Below are positions 18,475 to 28,226 of a DNA stretch of 39,870 nt, one piece after another. A program made the position numbers and the translations under genes. Under the pieces are notes generated by a model that worked only from the letters and a program-made list of their open reading frames with translations, was not told where the DNA came from and did no database searches. Source of the stretch: a virus (taxonomy: Duplodnaviria > Heunggongvirae > Uroviricota > Caudoviricetes); the IMG/VR virus record IMGVR_UViG_2734482574_000014. One strand, 5' to 3'. The first letter of the stretch is position 1. The number at the start of each line of letters is the position of its first letter.

Positions 18475-18830
18475 GCGCGCGCCTTTTTCGCCTGTCTGGC
18501 GTTATTGCCGGTCTTTTTCCGGGGAGCATCCTGTACGGTTTCGGCTTCGGCTAAATCTGCACCGGTCTCTGCATGAACCACACCCGCCACGGCTCCCGCA
18601 TCATCACCAGGCGTCTGTAGTATTCGTACAGTGAGGCATGGCTCCGCTTCCAGTCGGGCAAGCTGCTCCGGGGTGACGTCAACCTGCTGGCGTCCCCGCA
18701 TGAACAGGAACCCCGCACGACGAAAATGCGTACGACTGCAACGCACTTCTGCCAGTACCGTGACAGGACTGTCACCACTGACCTGAAGGCCTGAATCATC
18801 TGTTGCTGCCACAGTGTGATGTTCATTCAT
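18471..18830 (-). CDS. hypothetical protein (Mu gp35 position)
   Basis: Position after major capsid gene. Confidence 0.45.
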   Translation of the reverse strand: MNEHHTVAATDDSGLQVSGDSPVTVLAEVRCSRTHFRRAGFLFMRGRQQVDVTPEQLARLEAEPCLTVRILQTPGDDAGAVAGVVHAETGADLAEAETVQDAPRKKTGNNARQAKKARA

Positions 18831-18873
18831 ATTTGCCCTCCGCAGGGGCCGGGCCGTAAGCCCGGCTCACCGT

Positions 18874-19821
18874 TTACAGATAATCCGCGACAACCAGCTC
18901 CAGCTTGCCCTTCATCTCGTTAGAGACTGTGGCGTTACCGTCTGCGAACAGCTCGCGCTCCAGCAGCTGCACCGCCTGTTTTTCCAGCGAGGTGGGGACA
19001 ACAATATGGGTGGGTTTGATGCCGAGTTTGCGGCCACCGTCAGCCTTAAAGTCACGCATGGCTGACCAGCCGTGCCACAGCGCATCCAGCGTCAGCGGTG
19101 ACTGCATCATGTAGGCCATCTGCCAGAAGCCGTAGCCCACATTGCGACGGGCGGAAGCACCGAACACAAACTCGTTATCAGTAAACGCACGGCCTTCATC
19201 GACTTTTGTCTGGGCAACCAGTTCGGCTTTGCGGCGATCCTGATAAATCAGCGGTTTTACCGCGCGGGAGCAGTCAAGCAGATACCAGGCCGGGCCGCTG
19301 TAATCCGCCTGTGCACCGACAGAGCCGGTTTTTGCCACAAACATATTGCTGACCATCTGTGCATCACCGGAGCCATCCACTTTGGGGTAAACAGGGTGTT
19401 CGGTATCAAAGAAGTTCTGGCCGTCATAGCAGGCCGCATTCAGACCATCACGCAGTGCAGCAAAGACCAGTTCATCCGGTTGTGCCGCAGCGGCACGACC
19501 CATTTCCTGGAATAACGGGGAGTAGATGCCGAGATTGTCGTCTTCAAAGTCATCGCGGCTAATGGCAACGGTGCCTTCAAAGGTTTTGTTCACGATGGCG
19601 TAGCCATAGGCTTTCATCTTCTCGATGACGCGGGAGCCGATCCACTCACGGAACTGCGGGAACTGCCCCAGCCAGCCGTAGGTGTTGGATTTCGAGGTGG
19701 ACGGCACGGTCATCGCAATTTTCTGGTACTGCGACGGAGCCATGGACATCCCGGCCTGAAAATCAGAACGGTAGCCCGTCATCAGGGCGGTGATCATCGC
19801 CGGTGTAATCGGGGTAGGCAT
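18874..19821 (-). CDS. major capsid protein (Mu T-like)
   Basis: 315 aa; position after protease/scaffold gene. Confidence 0.8.
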   Translation of the reverse strand: MPTPITPAMITALMTGYRSDFQAGMSMAPSQYQKIAMTVPSTSKSNTYGWLGQFPQFREWIGSRVIEKMKAYGYAIVNKTFEGTVAISRDDFEDDNLGIYSPLFQEMGRAAAAQPDELVFAALRDGLNAACYDGQNFFDTEHPVYPKVDGSGDAQMVSNMFVAKTGSVGAQADYSGPAWYLLDCSRAVKPLIYQDRRKAELVAQTKVDEGRAFTDNEFVFGASARRNVGYGFWQMAYMMQSPLTLDALWHGWSAMRDFKADGGRKLGIKPTHIVVPTSLEKQAVQLLERELFADGNATVSNEMKGKLELVVADYL

Positions 19822-20954
19822 TATTGCATTTCCTCTTTCATTTTCAGGAACTCGGCTTCGGTTTTACCCAACAGACGTGCGGCGGCGATATCTTCAGCCG
19901 ACAGCACAGCGGTGGCGGTCTTTTTATCCGGCACGGTTACGGTGTCGGTCTGAAGAGTGGTCAGAGCCGCAACCGGCTGGCGGGCGTCAAGCTGTGCAGA
20001 AAGTGCCGCGACGCCAATCTGTTGTCCGAGTCCTTCCATGTATCCGCGTTCGCTTTTGAAAATGCGTCCTTCGGACTCGGCCTTATCCAGCAACTGCTCC
20101 AGCGTGGTGCTGCCGTGTTGTGCCGACAGCGCGGCATATTCGGTACGCAGGGCGTTATACGTCTCAACGGGCACATATTTCGTCAGATCAATAGTGCCGC
20201 CAGTTGGTGTGCCTTTTGCGGTTTCCAGTTCTGCCGACAGGCTGGCAACCTGCGTTTTCAGGGTGTCGTGCGCATCCGCACGGGTTTTGATCCCGGTAAG
20301 GGCAGACAGCGCCGCCGTGCCCAGTTCCGGTGTAAATTCGTCACCGTCAGCCACGGTCAGACCGAGCGCCGTCAGCAACTGGCGTAATTGCTCATTCATG
20401 GGGGATTGCTCCTGAGAAGGGGAAACGACATAGAGATCATCAGCACTGAGTGCCGCGACAGGGTTCATACCCGTAATACCCGGATCATTCGTCAGGGAAG
20501 CCATGCGCAACAGGTAGGGTTCCCCGGTGTCAGCGAAATAATGCATATATGCAGACAGATAGGCATATTCACGGTCATCAATATGTTTTTGTGCCTGTGG
20601 TGTCCATTCAGGTTTAATGAAAATCCCCTGACCCTCACGCCATTCGATGTTTTCCGGCTTAACCCATCCTGCAGCAATAGCCTTGAATCCGTTTTTCTGC
20701 GCATTCACGGAGTGATGGTCATAATCAATCAGTAACGGCTGATGCAGGGCGGAAAGCCCGGCTTTCATCCGGTTACAGGCGGATTCGTTAATCAGCCAGC
20801 CTTCAGTCGGTTTTTCCGGGCGACCGTCACGGGCCTTTACCCGACCGGCTGGCAGTAACTGACACCATCCGTCGCCGGATGCAGTCAGCGAAGCTGAAAG
20901 CACGGCTAAACCGGAGGGGCGATTTGCGTCTTTTGGGTGATTTTCTGTCTTCAT
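19821..20954 (-). CDS. head maturation protease/scaffold (Mu I-like)
   Basis: 377 aa; position between G and T. Confidence 0.7.
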   Translation of the reverse strand: MKTENHPKDANRPSGLAVLSASLTASGDGWCQLLPAGRVKARDGRPEKPTEGWLINESACNRMKAGLSALHQPLLIDYDHHSVNAQKNGFKAIAAGWVKPENIEWREGQGIFIKPEWTPQAQKHIDDREYAYLSAYMHYFADTGEPYLLRMASLTNDPGITGMNPVAALSADDLYVVSPSQEQSPMNEQLRQLLTALGLTVADGDEFTPELGTAALSALTGIKTRADAHDTLKTQVASLSAELETAKGTPTGGTIDLTKYVPVETYNALRTEYAALSAQHGSTTLEQLLDKAESEGRIFKSERGYMEGLGQQIGVAALSAQLDARQPVAALTTLQTDTVTVPDKKTATAVLSAEDIAAARLLGKTEAEFLKMKEEMQ

Positions 20955-21131
20955 ACCGGCAGCATAAGCCGGGTATTTTTGGGGCTGGTTTTGCGGGACT
21001 TCAGAAAGTGCTGACAGGGGGGGAATGAGAAAGGCGCTTCACGCAGATTTTAAAGCCCGTTAAATACAGGTTAGAAAATCACGACACGCGCCTGAAGGGG
21101 GTAAGGTAATACGTTTGCATACCTTAAACCA

Positions 21132-21605
21132 TTACGGCGTTTCTGTGGCCTTTTTAAAGCGTTTTCTGATTTCGTCCATGATCTCCTGTTCTGCCACCTG
21201 ATCAAAGCCCATATACGGACGTGCGCCAATGGCCGCCGGTCCCGGTGGCATACCAGGCAGGCCACCCCACTGATGAATGGCTGCATAAGGTTCATTTGAT
21301 CCAATCAGCGCCCAGGTATCGCCATAATCCGTGGTCAGGCGGCGGGCCAGATCGCCGTTCAGCGTCAGGATTTTGCCGGGCGTGTATCCCTTACGGGTAC
21401 GCCACTCACGGTAAGGATCTGACCAGTCATGCCAGCGTTCACCATCCGGCTCTTTTTCCTGCTCAAACGCCATTTCTGACGATGACAGAAGACTCGCCGC
21501 CACACTGCGGGCCAGGTCTTTTCCGCCGCCCACAAACTGAAGCCGGGCAAACACTCGCTGGAGACGCGTAACGTCAACAACGACAGCTGCATCAATGGAT
21601 GACAT
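21132..21605 (-). CDS. virion morphogenesis protein (Mu G-like)
   Basis: 157 aa; position after F. Confidence 0.65.
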   Translation of the reverse strand: MSSIDAAVVVDVTRLQRVFARLQFVGGGKDLARSVAASLLSSSEMAFEQEKEPDGERWHDWSDPYREWRTRKGYTPGKILTLNGDLARRLTTDYGDTWALIGSNEPYAAIHQWGGLPGMPPGPAAIGARPYMGFDQVAEQEIMDEIRKRFKKATETP

Positions 21606-21726
21606 ATTGCCTCCGCATAAAGGATGAATATAAAATAAACAGGCGGTCAGTGTACGCTTAACTGGTAAAGTCGGTGCCTGCCTCCGGGTGGATCATGTAT
21701 GCGGGTTCGACCCCCGCCACTGACCG

Positions 21727-23058
21727 TTAATCAATTTGTCCTTCCAGCACCTCAAGCATTCCGCCCCGGATATCCGATTTCAGCTTATCCATATTGATAA
21801 CCCGGTAAGCATTCACAATCACATCCAGTTTGTCGGGCTGACGTTTCAGACTGTACGGTGCATTAACGGCAATCTGCACACTGCCATCCTGATTTTCCAC
21901 GATATACATCAGATTGTTGTGCCGTTTGTCCCACAGTACCGCTTTTGGCCTTGCCAGCATTGCCGGTAAGCGCCCGAAGTCCTCCGGCGTCAGAGCGATG
22001 CCGTCATTCTGATGTTTCACACTGTCCGCATGGAGCACATTTTTACCGCTCATCGCCAGCAGGCGGGCCGGTGGCGTTCCCGTCCGGCTTTCCACTGCCT
22101 GCGCAATGCTTTCAGTCATAAAGCCCAGCGTGCGGATATCGTTACCACCTCGCCGGGTCTGCATGATGTTTTTTGCCCAGATGCGGAACGCCAGCTGCCG
22201 CTCCGGGCTGTTGTTCATCTCCTGAACCACCATTTCCCGTAACGCCGGGCTTTTCACCTCGATCAGTTTGCGGATCAGCGCCTGGTCTGTGCCGAACGCT
22301 GCCGAGCCGGGGTTATATGACCAGCCCACATCCGGTGTCATGGTTCTGGCGCCATCTGAATATGTGGTCACCGGCATTTCTCTGACTTCTCCGGTCTGTT
22401 TATCCACGCCAGCCTCAACATTGCGGGTGGAGAGATGATCCTCACCGGATGAAACGGATAACCCCATTGCATCCAGACGGGCCTGAGACAATGGCCGCAC
22501 ACGGCAGCGGCAGTTCCAGCCATTGGGCGGGTAGTGTGTTTTCCAGAACGGATCGTCATAGCGGAATACCAGACCGTTAAGGGCGGAATGCGACGGGCGG
22601 GTACGGCTGTCCATGACCGCCACATACTGCCAGAACGGATGCGTGTCCGTGTTGTTCATCATCTGCGTGTAACGCCCGGCATTGTAAGCCACACGGGTGT
22701 TCACGTTGTAAATCAGCGCCAGACGACGGGGACTGCCCTGCTGCACTTCTTCCGCGTTACCGTCGCTGTCCACCACAATCTGCTTTCCCCACCATCCCAG
22801 CTTTTGCAGGCGTGGCGTCAGTGTGCGGATAAATTCTTTCTGTGAAATCCCCTCATCAATGGCCCGCTGCACTTCGGCCTGTAATGTGGTTACCACATCC
22901 AGCCGTGCCGTTTTTGCTGCCGTGAATGAGCGGGCATGAACATCCGCGTCTGTTTCGAACCAGTTCCAGCTGATATGCGCCCCTTTGGCGCGGAAGTATG
23001 CCACCGTCTCTTTTGAGGGAAGCGTGGCGGCATAACCTAAATCAATCCCCTGAGCCAT
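21727..23058 (-). CDS. head morphogenesis protein (Mu F-like)
   Basis: 443 aa; follows portal gene. Confidence 0.7.
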   Translation of the reverse strand: MAQGIDLGYAATLPSKETVAYFRAKGAHISWNWFETDADVHARSFTAAKTARLDVVTTLQAEVQRAIDEGISQKEFIRTLTPRLQKLGWWGKQIVVDSDGNAEEVQQGSPRRLALIYNVNTRVAYNAGRYTQMMNNTDTHPFWQYVAVMDSRTRPSHSALNGLVFRYDDPFWKTHYPPNGWNCRCRVRPLSQARLDAMGLSVSSGEDHLSTRNVEAGVDKQTGEVREMPVTTYSDGARTMTPDVGWSYNPGSAAFGTDQALIRKLIEVKSPALREMVVQEMNNSPERQLAFRIWAKNIMQTRRGGNDIRTLGFMTESIAQAVESRTGTPPARLLAMSGKNVLHADSVKHQNDGIALTPEDFGRLPAMLARPKAVLWDKRHNNLMYIVENQDGSVQIAVNAPYSLKRQPDKLDVIVNAYRVINMDKLKSDIRGGMLEVLEGQID

Positions 23059-24631
23059 CCAGCATCCCCTTCATTTCCGCAGCAAACATGGCATCACTGA
23101 GCAGCGTCATCAGGCGGGAATCATCCATTTCACGGTAAAGGGCAGGCAGGTCTGCCAGTGCCTCCGCCAGCCCCCGCGTTCTGATGACATCAATGACCGG
23201 CTCCAGCACCGGATCGATGGCCTCCTGTAAGCGGCGGGCAGGCACCGCGTCCCCCATGTCGTCCAGTTCATCACGCGGCGTGTTTTTCGCTTCCGGCAGT
23301 CGGGCTGAAAGCGCCGTCTGTTCTGTCTTTTCCTGTTTTTCCGGTAGCGTTTCCCTGTCAGGCATGGCCGGTTCATTACTGCTCTGACGGACACGGAATA
23401 TGGCTTCACCGGGCGTGGGCTGTGGAATACCGGTCTGATCCCGTACCCAGGGATCAGGAATATCCATCCCCGCACTGAGTTGCATCACCGCACTGGCTAT
23501 TTTGGTGATATCCCCCGGTTCTTTGGTCTGGAAACAGATACGCGGCAGGCGACGGATATCAATGGCGTGGGCGGTGTTCAGGGCATACAGCGGATACACC
23601 AGATCGCGGTTCAGGGTTGCAGCCAGCTGGCGTAAATCAGAATCCCTGATTTCCCGGCGCACCTCGTTATGCACCTCACCCAGCGAGCGCGCGCCTTTGT
23701 CTCCGGCTTCTGTGGTCAGCGTGCCGCCGAGTATTGCTTTGGAGATGGAACGCTCACCCCACGAAATCATGGTTTCAAACGGATCGGCCTGACCGTTCGC
23801 TGCCGCCTGAAACTCCAGCGACATCCCGGCCGGGATGATCCCGCCTGTACGTCGCCCGATATCCATCACCGCCCGCATCAGGGCACTTTTCTGCTCCGGT
23901 GTTGCCCCGGACGGGTATTTCCCGACCTTCATTGGCAGGCCGTACACCTCCAGAAATTCCGCCAGATCGCGCACGGAATAGTTTTTGAAAATGAACGGCC
24001 AGATAAGCGTTCTGACAAGCCCCGTCGCACCACCGTAGCCGGTGCGTGAACGCGACTGATGCACTATCCAGCCAAAGGGCTGAAACGCCACCCCGGCATG
24101 GCTGCCGTCACGCAGCCGCAGTTCGCTCAAATCATCCGGGTTAAGGCAGAAATGCCCGCTGTCACGCCAGCGGATGGCGCGGATGATGTGCATTTTACCG
24201 AGCATCCCGTGCTCAATTTCCATGCAGGAATAGCCCTTCAGGATGGCATCCGTGGCGTCAAACAGCATGGCATCAAACCAGTCTGCGGAATGCAGATATT
24301 CGTCGAGCATTTCCGCGTCCTTTTTCTCATTCGCGCTGGCGTTCGGTGGCGGCTCAATACTCCATGGCACCCCCTGAATGGCAAGACGTCGCTTGCCCAG
24401 CTCCGCAAAAAGGTGGGTGTCCTTTTCTTCAATATCAGCGGCCAGATCGGACTGGGCAATCAGATCGCCACGTTCAGCCCCGCGAAGGCACTGCGCCGCC
24501 CGGTTCGGGGTGATACCCGAAGCCGGATGTTCAATATAACGGCTGGCAATCTGCGGAATATCCAGCGCGGCACTCTGCATCTCCGGGTCAAAGGAGAAAG
24601 GTTTTCCGTCAGTATCAATGATGCGTCCCAC
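23042..24631 (-). CDS. portal protein (Mu gp29-like)
   Basis: 529 aa; follows large terminase. Confidence 0.8.
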   Translation of the reverse strand: MGRIIDTDGKPFSFDPEMQSAALDIPQIASRYIEHPASGITPNRAAQCLRGAERGDLIAQSDLAADIEEKDTHLFAELGKRRLAIQGVPWSIEPPPNASANEKKDAEMLDEYLHSADWFDAMLFDATDAILKGYSCMEIEHGMLGKMHIIRAIRWRDSGHFCLNPDDLSELRLRDGSHAGVAFQPFGWIVHQSRSRTGYGGATGLVRTLIWPFIFKNYSVRDLAEFLEVYGLPMKVGKYPSGATPEQKSALMRAVMDIGRRTGGIIPAGMSLEFQAAANGQADPFETMISWGERSISKAILGGTLTTEAGDKGARSLGEVHNEVRREIRDSDLRQLAATLNRDLVYPLYALNTAHAIDIRRLPRICFQTKEPGDITKIASAVMQLSAGMDIPDPWVRDQTGIPQPTPGEAIFRVRQSSNEPAMPDRETLPEKQEKTEQTALSARLPEAKNTPRDELDDMGDAVPARRLQEAIDPVLEPVIDVIRTRGLAEALADLPALYREMDDSRLMTLLSDAMFAAEMKGMLDGSGD

Positions 24632-26298
24632 TACCAGCCCCCCCGATCAAATTCATGATATGCCTCATCGTCATCACGATAACCGCCCTCCATTGCCCGC
24701 GACCGCTCCTGTAGCGCCTGACAGGCTGATTCATCCAGGATGAAGCCCTCCATGTATGACGCCCGGTTTGCCATACAGAGCGCCACGGCAAAATCACCAT
24801 GGCGGCGGGCGTTCGCAGCCGTTGCGTTCTGGTCCTTCGTGCGCCCCTTGTCGATTTGCGGGATACCATTCACTACCTTCACATGGCGCAAATCATCAAG
24901 CGTGGTCTGATGGCGGGCGACGAGGATATTCTGATCTTCAAACTCGGCTTTCAGTTTTGGCATCCACTCGCCGTACCACTTCGGCGACAACATCACGCAG
25001 TCGATGATGTCCGGGCCAAAGGCCAGCAGTGCGGCCTCTGCCAGATAGCCGCCGTTACCGGTGGCGTCGAACGCCGCACCGACCAGCGCCGGAACGCGGG
25101 TCAGGATGTACATCATCACCTGTTCCTGCTGGGCATACGGCAGGTTGCGCAGCTCCACGCGAAACACCTCGCGCTTTGCCAGGGATTCGGTGATTTCCAG
25201 CAGCACAAAGCAGGACAGGTCACCGGTGCGGGCAAAGTCTTCCCCGAAGCTGAAGCGGGAACGGGGATTTAATTTCTCTAAAAGCGGTTTTAAATGTTCT
25301 TCACACCAGGTTAAAACTTCCGATTCACGCAGCCATGCGGCACGGCTGATGAAGTTGTCCGGGGCTTCAAACGTCAGAATCGGGATGTCGCGGATCATCG
25401 CCATTTCAATAAGCGCGTGGGGGATATAGGCACCGCCGGATTTTTTCGGGATACAGCCGTATTCCTCGTCGGCATCCTCACGGGTCGGGGCGTTTTTGTA
25501 GAGATCATCACGCCATTTCTGCTCGCTTTCCGGTGACCATTCCTGATCGGTGACGTAACAGATACGACGGTACAGCCCGTCCGCAATGGCATCATCCAGG
25601 GTTATGCGGTGGACGCTGTAATCCTTGCGCCCCTCGCGGGCTTCCTGAATGTACTGATTAAACAGATTATCGACGCCGTTATGCGTGGAGATAATACGCA
25701 CGCGCGCGCCCCACATAGTGAGCGCCATTGCCGCCTTGAGAAGCTCATCCAGTGACTCGTGGAACGCGGCTTCATCAATCACCACATCCCCCTGAAGGCC
25801 GCGCAGGTTTGACGGACGGGAAGACAATGCCTGAATTTTGAATCCACTGTTCGGAAAGCGGATCATGTAGGTCAAAATTTCTTCTTTTTTATCCCGATCC
25901 CAGAATGTCTGCTCATACACATCAGCATCTGCCAGCTGGTTAAAGGCACGGGAGAACAGCGCGCAGGCAGAAATATATTCCAGCGCCATCTCCTGCTTTG
26001 ATCCCACATAAAACACATTGCGGCCACCACGACGCTTCGGTTTTGCAGCAGTAATGACGTTACGCCCGGCTTCCGCCCAGGTAAGACCGGTGCGGCGGGA
26101 TTTCTCCGCGATGCAGACCTGACTTTCATCTGCAAACCAGCGGGCCTGATAATCCAGAAACACCGGCATATCACCGGGCAAATCAAGGCTGTCCGGCACA
26201 TCCACGCCCAGCAGGGCTTTTTCACCTGACAGATCAATTTTGCGGGGAGGCGTCATTTGCATCAGTGAAGGCGACGTTTCTCTGGCTTTGTTCATCAT
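24631..26298 (-). CDS. terminase large subunit (Mu gp28-like)
   Basis: 555 aa; position. Confidence 0.8.
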   Translation of the reverse strand: MMNKARETSPSLMQMTPPRKIDLSGEKALLGVDVPDSLDLPGDMPVFLDYQARWFADESQVCIAEKSRRTGLTWAEAGRNVITAAKPKRRGGRNVFYVGSKQEMALEYISACALFSRAFNQLADADVYEQTFWDRDKKEEILTYMIRFPNSGFKIQALSSRPSNLRGLQGDVVIDEAAFHESLDELLKAAMALTMWGARVRIISTHNGVDNLFNQYIQEAREGRKDYSVHRITLDDAIADGLYRRICYVTDQEWSPESEQKWRDDLYKNAPTREDADEEYGCIPKKSGGAYIPHALIEMAMIRDIPILTFEAPDNFISRAAWLRESEVLTWCEEHLKPLLEKLNPRSRFSFGEDFARTGDLSCFVLLEITESLAKREVFRVELRNLPYAQQEQVMMYILTRVPALVGAAFDATGNGGYLAEAALLAFGPDIIDCVMLSPKWYGEWMPKLKAEFEDQNILVARHQTTLDDLRHVKVVNGIPQIDKGRTKDQNATAANARRHGDFAVALCMANRASYMEGFILDESACQALQERSRAMEGGYRDDDEAYHEFDRGGW

Positions 26299-26543
26299 GC
26301 TTTACCTGTCAGAATGCTTTTGATTCGGGACTCAAGCTCTTCAGTCATCACGTCCACGCCGCTCAACTCATCAGTGGCAGCCTCTGCCAGCAGCGAATGC
26401 AGTTGTTCCAGGGATATTTCCCCGGCAATGCTGAGTTCAGTCAACTCACGACATACCTTTATGGTTTCAGGAGGTAACTGTGTTGCAAGACTGAATGCTT
26501 TCTGATGGGCACTGCTCATCAGTGAGCGGTTATCTGTTGCCAT
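26295..26543 (-). CDS. small protein sharing C-terminal motif with small terminase (partial paralogue)
   Basis: C-terminus ELSGVDVMTEELESRIKSILTGKA vs TerS C-terminus ELRGVDGMSEQIEFRIRQMLLGKA. Confidence 0.5.
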   Translation of the reverse strand: MATDNRSLMSSAHQKAFSLATQLPPETIKVCRELTELSIAGEISLEQLHSLLAEAATDELSGVDVMTEELESRIKSILTGKA

Positions 26544-26553
26544 GATTCACCTC

Positions 26554-27135
26554 CTACGCCTTACCCAGCAGCATCTGCCTGATACGGAATTCGATCTGCT
26601 CGCTCATGCCATCCACGCCGCGCAACTCATCGGTGACCGCATTCGCCATCTCTTCAGCAAATGCGGCCCGGATTTCTTTTTCACGCTTAATGCTGCGCTC
26701 GGCGGCACTTTCTGCACGCTGTGCCGACAGGAGGATGTCCTTAATAAGGCGCATATCCACATCGCTGTCGCTGTTCAGGGATTCGGTGGCGGCACGCAGA
26801 CGGCGGTACATCAGGGCACGGGACATCTCCAGAATCAGTGCCGTGGTTTCACCGGTCGGCTTATCCCCCAGTTCGGCCATCATGGCTTTTGTCTGCTCGC
26901 GTAAATCACGCAGATTACGGGCAATCAGCTCATTACGGGAGGCTTCCCGGCTGATGGCCGCCGGTGAGAGCTGCTGCTCTTCCGGCAGACCTGCTTCACG
27001 GATCAGACGGTTGATTTCCTCGCGGATCTGGACCTGCGTCAGACGTTTTTCACGCAGCATTTCCAGCAGCGGCTTACGGATGCTGTCGGGGAGCAAATCC
27101 ACCTTGCGTACACGGCCACGCGCTGGCTTATCCAT
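26554..27135 (-). CDS. terminase small subunit (Mu gp27-like)
   Basis: 193 aa helical basic protein immediately upstream of TerL. Confidence 0.6.
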   Translation of the reverse strand: MDKPARGRVRKVDLLPDSIRKPLLEMLREKRLTQVQIREEINRLIREAGLPEEQQLSPAAISREASRNELIARNLRDLREQTKAMMAELGDKPTGETTALILEMSRALMYRRLRAATESLNSDSDVDMRLIKDILLSAQRAESAAERSIKREKEIRAAFAEEMANAVTDELRGVDGMSEQIEFRIRQMLLGKA

Positions 27136-27137
27136 CG

Positions 27138-27428
27138 TTACCCCCTTGCGCGTGGTTTCTTCACACCCGGAACGGTGGCGCGGCCTTCCGCCACATCCTG
27201 ACCCCGGCCGGTCAGTTCAGCGATGAAATAACCGTTAACAAGCGTGCGCTTACGCACCAGTCCCTGCTCGGCAAGCCAGGCAATGTGGGTATGAACGGTG
27301 TCGCGGGACACGCGGTGACCGTAATCATCCAGGCAGTCCTGAAGCACGGATTCGCCCAGTTCGCCGTTGTAATCCGCCAGCGACCGCAGAATGACAAGAC
27401 GCTGATCTTCAGTAATGAAATCACTCAT
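27138..27428 (-). CDS. hypothetical protein (Mu gp26 position), possible winged-helix
   Basis: Position. Confidence 0.45.
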   Translation of the reverse strand: MSDFITEDQRLVILRSLADYNGELGESVLQDCLDDYGHRVSRDTVHTHIAWLAEQGLVRKRTLVNGYFIAELTGRGQDVAEGRATVPGVKKPRARG

Positions 27429-27732
27429 TGTGTTTTTTCCTTACAGCCTGCTCCAGCAGCAGTTCGTTCTGATGGGAGACGGATTTCAGGGTGGCATTGG
27501 TGGCCTTAAGCTCACCGCGCAGGGTGGTGATTTCGATATTGAGTCTGTTCACCTCCTGCTGCGTGGGCAGGCCGGAAATCCGGCTCTCCACCCGCTCAAC
27601 CCGGTCGGAGAGTTTTTCAAAGGCCTCGCGGGGGACAAAGGTTTTGCGCATCAGCGCCATGAAGATCCCCCCGGCTGTGGCCGTTGCCGACAGGATCGGC
27701 ACGACATAATCTTTAACGATGCTGACCCACAT
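27421..27732 (-). CDS. membrane-anchored coiled-coil protein (Mu gp25 position; possible lysis accessory)
   Basis: N-terminal hydrophobic segment VVPILSATATAGGIFMALM followed by helical domain. Confidence 0.4.
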   Translation of the reverse strand: MWVSIVKDYVVPILSATATAGGIFMALMRKTFVPREAFEKLSDRVERVESRISGLPTQQEVNRLNIEITTLRGELKATNATLKSVSHQNELLLEQAVRKKHNE

Positions 27733-27940
27733 GACCGGCCTCCATGATGTTCTGGCAGTTCACACAACGGATGGCATCCGGCACGGCAACCAGACGGGCA
27801 GCCGGAATGTCACCCCCGCAGTCCGCGCATACACGCCTGCCCGGTGTCTCCGCCACCCGGCGCTTACGTGTCAGCCGGTCACAAAGGGCGCGTTCTGTTG
27901 CACGCTCCATGACTGCCTGAGCACAATCTGAATCATCCAT
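27713..27940 (-). CDS. TraR/DksA-family C4 zinc-finger protein
   Basis: CADCGGDIP...CVNCQ motif; start taken at internal Met (track ORF to 28006). Confidence 0.65.
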   Translation of the reverse strand: MDDSDCAQAVMERATERALCDRLTRKRRVAETPGRRVCADCGGDIPAARLVAVPDAIRCVNCQNIMEAGHVGQHR

Positions 27941-27950
27941 ACCTTTTTCC

Positions 27951-28226
27951 TTACTTCGTCTTTCCTGCCGGAACAGCAGTCGTTCCGGCCATATCAGTAA
28001 ATTCATGCTGTCGCTGTGTCTCCAGACGGCGGATGCTGGCCTTGTCCACGTTGCAGTTTTTAATCACCGCCAGCAGTTGCAGGTTGTAAGTGACCGATGC
28101 ACCAAACGTGAACGGCTGCGGCGCGGGAGGGACCAGGCAGTCAGCCAGCCATTCAGCGGGGATCGGCACCGGCTTCACCGGCACGTATTTCACAGACGGC
28201 CCGCCGCACCCGGTCAGCCACATCAT
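27951..28226 (-). CDS. o-spanin (Rz1-like lipoprotein), embedded in +1 frame of i-spanin 3' end
   Basis: Lipobox LTGC after hydrophobic stretch, proline-rich mature region; start uncertain. Confidence 0.55.
   Translation of the reverse strand: MMWLTGCGGPSVKYVPVKPVPIPAEWLADCLVPPAPQPFTFGASVTYNLQLLAVIKNCNVDKASIRRLETQRQHEFTDMAGTTAVPAGKTK

Noticed and set aside
19824-20415. Plus-strand ORFs antisense to the I-like, TerL and TerS genes (for example 19824..20387, 24059..24658, 26606..27226)
   Set aside because: Antisense to well-supported structural genes, no ribosome sites, biased Arg/Ser/Pro composition typical of reverse-frame artefacts.
21646-21725. Calling a complete tRNA gene at the tRNA-like structure
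   Set aside because: Acceptor and T arms are convincing but no anticodon stem-loop can be formed; kept as a low-interest finding only.
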